Origin: Macrostomum lignano
Taxonomy: Eukaryota
DNA length: 64,000 nt
Assembly: GCA_002269645.1 (NCBI GenBank)
Contig: NIVC01000333.1
Coordinates: 1-64,000 of the forward strand
Direction: 5' to 3'
Below, in pieces: positions 58,197-64,000 of this stretch. The notes beneath the pieces were generated by a model. The model ran no database searches. It worked only from the letters and a program-made list of their open reading frames with translations, and was not told the DNA's origin. Made by a program: the position numbers and the translations under genes. Positions within the stretch are counted from its first letter, which is position 1, and every line of letters starts with the position of its first letter.

Positions 58197-58517
58197 CCTT
58201 AGATACACACTAAATGAATCCTATACGTATTTTAACAGTTTATGGTAAAAATCCTAACTCTATTGAAAGGCCAATTGACTGATGTAGACTAAGCCATAAT
58301 CAATATTTTGGCTACGAAAAATATCTAGGTAAAAAGCAAGGCAGTAAAAGCGGTTTCTAGCTCGTATACTATAGTAAAGTAATTTTATGTAGGAAATTTT
58401 ATCCAATATAATAGTCAGCATCGCCCATGCCAAAATAAGCTGGTTAACTTCTAACAAATTTTCGGCGCCAATTTAAATGACAAATACTCTTGAATCAGTA
58501 TGGTTGCCAAATTGCCT

Positions 58518-61088
58518 TTATTCATCTTGCACAGTGCTGGTTGTCTCTCGCTCCTTAGTGTAGGTGTTGCCCTCTGGAGTGCGATAGGTCTCCGTGTGCA
58601 TCACTGTCTTTTTGTTTCCGGAAGTCTTTGTAGACATCCGGGTGCCCACCAGCTGATCGGCAGGGTCATTGGGCCCAATCACAGCCTCCAGCTTGGCGCC
58701 GGGCATTGGAGCAGTTTTTCCTGCTCGGGGAATTCAGTTGGATTTTCGGGCTGCGCAGTGTTTCGTCTAAATAGTGCGATGTTGAGAGGCTGAAGGATGC
58801 TGAGAGGGGATAGGGGATGTTGAGAGGCTGAAGGATGCTGAGAGGGGATAGGGGATGCTGAGAGGGGATAGGGGATGCTAAGAGGGGATAGGGGATGCTG
58901 AGAGGGGATAGGGGATGCTGAGAGGGGATAGGGGATGCTGAGAGGGGATAGGGGATGCTGAGAGAGGATAGGGGATGCTGAGAGGGGATAGGGGATGCTG
59001 AGAGGGGATAGGGGATGCTGAGAGGGGATAGGGGATGCTGAGAGGGGATAGGGGATGCTGAGAGGGGATAGGGGATGCTGAGAGGGGATAGGGGATGCTG
59101 AGAGGGGATAGGGGATGCTGAGAGGGGATAGGGGATGCTGAGAGGGGATAGGGGATGCTGAGAGGGGATAGGGGATGCTGAGAGGGATAGGGGATGCTGA
59201 GAGGGGATAGGGGATGCTGAGAGGGGATAGGGGATGCTGAGAGGGGATAGGTGATGCTGAGAGGGGATAGGGGATGCTGAGAGGGGATAGGGGATGCTGA
59301 GAGGGGATAGGGGATGCTGAGAGGGGATAGGGGATGCTGAGAGGGATAGGGGATGCTGAGAGAGGATAGGGGATGCTGAGAGGGGATAGGGGATGCTGAG
59401 AGGGGATAGGGGATGCTGAGAGGGGATAGGGGATGCTGACAGGGGATAGGGGATGCTGAGAGGGGATAGGGGATGCTGAGAGGGGATAGGGGATGCTGAG
59501 AGGGGATAGGGGATGCTGAGAGGGGATAGGGGATGCTAAGAGGGGATAGGGGATGTTGAGAGGCTGAAGGATGCTGAGAGGGGATAGGGGATGCTGAGAG
59601 GGGATAGGGGATGCTAAGAAGGGATAGGGGATGCTGAGAGGGGATAGGGGATGCTAAGAGGGGATAGGGGATGCTGAGAGGGGAAAGGGGATGCTGAGAG
59701 GGGATAGGGGATGCTAAGAGGGGATAGGGGATGCTGAGAGGGGAAAGGGGATGCTGAGAGGGGATAGGGGATGCTGAGAGGGGATAGGGGATGCTGAGAG
59801 GGGATAGGGGATGCTGAGAGGGGATAGGGGATGCTGAGAGGGGATAGGGGATGCTGAGAGGGGATAGGGGATGCTGAGAGAGTATAGGGGATGCTGAGAG
59901 GGGAACAATGCTGGTTCACTGCTGACAGCCAACAGGCTGACCGCACTAACCCTGTTCCGTCTCGGGCAGCACGATCTTGCCATCAGCCGGCGGCAGGACG
60001 TTCTTGCCGAACTCGCCCATGTAATTTCCGGCCGGCCGGTAGCGGCTAACCACGTACACTCGGCCAGATTTGGACACGGCCCGGCCAAAGCCGACCTCCT
60101 CTGAGGCTTTCCACACCACCTGGGTGAAGTGGCCTGTCGTAAGAATGGAGAGCAGCCGGTTGTGATTAAATGTGACACCATCCCACCGCCAACCTCCCAG
60201 ATCCTCAGTTTCTGGACCACCGCCAACATCCCAGATCCTCAGTTTTTGGACCACCGCCAACATCCCAGATCCTCAGTTTCTTGACCACCGCCAACATCCC
60301 AGATCCTCAGTTTCTGGACCACCGCCAACATCCCAGATCCTCAGTTTCTGGACCACCGCCAACCTCCCAGATCCTCAGTTTCTGGACCACCGCCAACATC
60401 CCAGATCCTCAGTTTCTGGACCACCGCCAACATCCCAGATCCTCAGTTTCTTGACCACCGCCAACATCCCAGATCCTCAGTTTCTGGACCACCGCCAACA
60501 TCCCAGATCCTCAGTTTCTGGACTACCGCCAACATCCCAGATCCTCAGTTTCTGGACTACCGCCAACATCCCAGATCCTCAGTTTCTGGGCCAGCCTCCC
60601 AGATCCTTAGTTGTTGGGCCAGCCTACCAGATCCTCAGTTGCTGGGTCTCTTCCGCCCTCCCAGATCCTCCCTCCCAGCCTCCGAGCACTCACCGCACTG
60701 AATCTGGTCCTCGACATTCCCCTCAAAATTGTAGTCCTCAATTTCTCGGTACCAATAGTCGGTAAACAGGTTGCCTGAGAATGGTAACATTGCTCGCATA
60801 GAAAGTCATATGAATCTAGCACACACTCTACTATTGTTAGTAGCTATCAGCGCAGGTTAACTAACCCGGAAAGTCGCTGTGTACGGAGCTGTACTTCATG
60901 GCCACATTCTCGCCAATTTTGTCCTTCTGGCACTGGGTATCGTGCTCCAGCTTGTCGTTGCCGGCAATATGCTCAGCCCAGCTCTGGGCGGACTCGGTCA
61001 GGTCCTGGCTGAGTCGCAGAGCCGGCGCCTGGTGCCGCTTCCGGTAAGCATTGTGCGAGTCCAGGATCTCCTTGATGAACTGCTCCAT
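58518..61088 (-). CDS. GAPR-1/GLIPR2-like CAP (SCP/TAPS) protein without a signal peptide; exons 61088-60866, 60774-60694, 60133-59951, and a last exon starting at 58720 (or 58766 with one indel) and ending at 58518
   Basis: [60 protein letters not shown]. The His/Glu/Glu/His tetrad is intact. The first three coding exons are phase-consistent; the last-exon acceptor is ambiguous. Confidence 0.9.
58795..59905. repeat. G-rich intronic minisatellite, 20 bp unit (AGAGGGGATAGGGGATGCTG)
   Basis: About 55 copies in the last CAP intron. Confidence 0.97.
60180..60680. repeat. Intronic minisatellite, 34 bp unit (CCCAGATCCTCAGTTTCTGGACCACCGCCAACAT)
   Basis: Tandem copies in CAP intron 60693-60134. Confidence 0.95.
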
Positions 61089-61169
61089 CCTGGCTTTGGT
61101 CTGCATATTGGAAAGTACCAGGTGGAAGGCGATGTGATAATAAAAGTGAGATGTCAAGTGCCCACATGA

Positions 61170-61612
61170 TACTCAAACCGAGAGGTAACTCTACATGCGG
61201 TACTCAAACCGAGAGGTAACTCTTCATGCGATACTCAAACGAGAGGTAACTCTACATGCGATACTCAAACCGAGAGGTAACTCTTCATGCGATACTCAAA
61301 CCGAGAGGTAACTCTTCACGCGATACTCAAACCGAGAGGTAACTCTACATGCGATACTCAAACCGAGAGGTAACTCTTCACGCGATACTCAAACCGAGAG
61401 GTAACTCTTCATGCGATACTCAAACCGAGAGGTAACTCTACATGCGATACTCAAACCGAGAGGTAACTCTTCACGCGATACTCAAACCGAGAGGTAACTC
61501 TTCACGCGATACTCAAACCGAGAGGTAACTCTTCACGCGATACTCAAACCGAGAGGTAACTCTACATGTGGCACTCAAACCGAGAGGTAACTCTACATGC
61601 GATACTCAAACG
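61170..61612. repeat. Intronic minisatellite, about 31 bp unit (GATACTCAAACCGAGAGGTAACTCTTCATGC)
   Basis: Tandem copies in the 5'-UTR intron of the CAP gene. Confidence 0.95.
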
Positions 61613-61726
61613 AGGGACAGTGAGCCTCACTCATAAATACTCGACTACTCAAATCCAAAAAAATCAATAGAATTCAATCAAATAATTTGACACAAACCCA
61701 AAATAAATTAAATTTCGGTCACTTAC

Positions 61727-61814
61727 GCCTGTATGAGCTGCTTGTGAGGGCCGCGACTGGGAGTAGAGATGAAAAAGTATTAGAGCAGCTAATTAAAAGC
61801 CGGGTCCTTATATA
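61727..61814 (-). promoter_or_regulatory. TATA box (TATATAA, 61814-61808) and non-coding first exon of the CAP gene (about 61780-61727)
   Basis: Canonical TATA about 30 nt upstream of a short ATG-less segment ending in a GTAAGT donor at 61726; matching acceptor at 61101. Confidence 0.65.
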
Positions 61815-63076
61815 GGCCGACAGAGATGGATGAACTTGATACCAAATACGAGCGTAGCTATTCCAAGGCTTCCCCAAACGCCAATTCAGTTAGCTGGCTG
61901 GCGGCGCTAACCGCATTGGGAGGAGGAGCAACGCTATACTATTCTATAGCTGTCGCAAAGACTGAAAAATCCCCCCTCGTAGTCGCCATCAGTAACTGTA
62001 CAGCCAGTGGTATTGATCCGGCACTGTACCTCGGTCGCTGCACTGAGAAACTTCAGTGTCCGCATGAGCAATAAGCGCACACTCCGTGCTGGCAGGCTGA
62101 GTATAGTCTCCGCCCAACAACAAGAACAGTGTACAGTCAAGGCACGTGCAAGGCCTTGAAGTCTAAACTGCTATTGGTCTGCAGGGAGCTGTAGCCTCTC
62201 TCTCTGTCCCAACCTCTCTTCCTCTGCCACTCCTCTATGCTCTCCATAATCTTCCCATCAGCTAATAAATAATCCGAGGCAATACTAATTTGCTATTCTT
62301 CTGCGGATTCAGTAGCTCTATGCGATAAAAAACGCAATTCTTTTTCAGTTACTTATTTAGTTGAAAATCGTACAGCTGTCCATGCGCAACACTGCTATCT
62401 GACTCTTATCTGCATTGCGAAGGGGGTATTTCGGATTTGAGCACGGTCTTAACCTGAAATTCAACGAGTCTAATTGAGCACATGCAATGCCCAAATCATT
62501 TAATAGCAAGATATTTTATCGTAACTCACCATTTCCAATTCTAAAATTGCAGCTATGAACTAACATAAAATGAATTCCACTCAATTCATAGCTATAGGAG
62601 TGTTGCAGTTTCGGTAGAGTACAGATAGCATTTTTATACAATTCTTGCTTGAAGTCTCGCCTACAAAGAGAATCAGTGTTTGCCCAGTATTACTGGCTGC
62701 GAGTTCCACAGCATGGCAGCGGCGGGGGGGGGGTTGCTATGCGCAGGCAATGAAGCGCTGGCTCGTCGCGCAAAAACTACGTGTGTGGCAATTGAAAGAA
62801 GAACGACAAAGAACAGAGACAGCAGAGCAAAGAGGGAGACAGTGAGAAAAGCGAAAGCATCGAAGGCAGGATCAACACTGCATGAGCTGGCTTGGCCAGT
62901 CTCTCACCTGTAGAGTTGCAGGCCATGAAATTCCCCGTGCTCCAAGAGCAGAGCTTCAAAAGTCTTAGTTGAAATGGGAATTTCGAGCTTTTCCTAGCCT
63001 AAATCTGGTAACTGTCTGATGGGAGGCCAGCTTCACTATACATAGGGAGATGTGGTTTAATCTGCTTCAATGGAAA

Positions 63077-63303
63077 CTCAGCCGCAGCCATTGTGCGGCG
63101 CATCTGAAGGCTGCGTACGGCTGTTCAGTCCAAGGACCGGGGGGAGGGGGGGGGGTCGCCACCCTCAATTACCACAGCTAATGCTGGCACCCATTTTACA
63201 GCTGGGTGAACTGAAGCAATGCAGAGCTAAGTGTCTTGCTCAAGGACACAAATTGTTCCGAGTTGGGTCGAGAATCGAACCCCCGACTTTTCAGTCGTGA
63301 GCC
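63077..63303 (-). mobile_element. tRNA-derived SINE (copy 2, 5'-truncated)
   Basis: Near-identical to 12347-12587 and retains the B box GGTTCGATTCT; the A-box end is missing. Confidence 0.85.
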
Positions 63304-64000
63304 CATTATTTAATACTAAATTCACCCAAGGAACATATCCCAACGATATCCTAGCAAGGCATACCGAGTTCTTAGCGTAATCAAACCAGTAATCTAAACC
63401 ACGCAAGGTCATAAACAAGGACCACTGTACTCGTAGTATAAAATGTCAAACTATGATCGTGCACTTTTGGAGGCCTTTCTTTCTAAGCTATAAAATCAAC
63501 GATTGCATTTGATCTGGGCAGTGAAGATTGTTAAGAACATTATGAACATTTTTTCATTTTTAGTAGCTCGTAACATGCGCTGTATATGCTAAATTAACTA
63601 AAGAATTTAAAGAATAGATCAAATAAAATAATTGATTTTGTGATGAAAAAAGTAATTTTCCTATCTCCGCAGTGTATTTTTTCCAGGAAACAGGCCTTCA
63701 AAATGGCACGATCTTTGGTCCAGGCCCTCGGTCATAAATTTTAAAACATCACGGTATGCCGCTAAAAGTGGCACTTCACTTCACAGTGAGTTTGGCATCG
63801 GTAAAATTATATTTTTTACACCTAGTATAATTATCAGAAAATGATGCGGATTATATGTTCACAAGTAAAAAATTTACCGCTCTCTACTGCGTACTGCGCA
63901 ATTAATTTGGTTGTCGCGCTGAAAATCAGCTAATAAAACTGCATACGCTTGTATATGTAAAATGTTAAAGAGCGGTAACAAGCTGCTAGGCATAAAAGTG

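Noticed and set aside
57566-58213. (NLNP)n ORF
   Set aside because: Translation of the telomere-like repeat
61826-62074. 82-aa ORF divergent from the CAP promoter
   Set aside because: No recognisable motif, weak codon bias and no splice context

Overview
Eukaryotic (invertebrate metazoan) genomic DNA, not prokaryotic. It has GC3-rich exons, GT-AG introns and a different minisatellite in most introns. This style suggests a free-living flatworm such as Macrostomum, which is my inference only. Six protein-coding genes could be reconstructed by hand with phase-consistent splice sites. (1) A 5'-truncated, 13-exon class C (mGluR-like) GPCR on + (1-11514) with at least three tandem Venus-flytrap domains and no nine-cysteine domain. 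(2) A neurocalcin/hippocalcin-like NCS calcium sensor on - (19542-26632). (3) OSTC/DC2 on - (30838-36716). (4) A SARA/endofin (ZFYVE9/16) FYVE protein on - (40029-48102). (5) An intronless, secreted, Lys-rich, probably ependymin-like protein on - (55302-55969, one homopolymer frameshift). (6) A GAPR-1/GLIPR2-like CAP protein on - (58518-61088). The rest is tandem repeat, two copies of a tRNA-derived SINE, several MITEs (two with perfect 8-bp TSDs), and two near CpG-free AT-rich deserts at the 5' ends of the housekeeping genes. Most long ORFs in the supplied track are artefacts of stop-free repeats. The best candidates for novelty are the multi-VFT GPCR, the CpG-desert pattern suggesting 5'-biased gene-body methylation, a related GGGATC minisatellite family in consecutive SARA introns, the SARA orthologue lacking the Smad-binding core, and the cationic ependymin-like protein.
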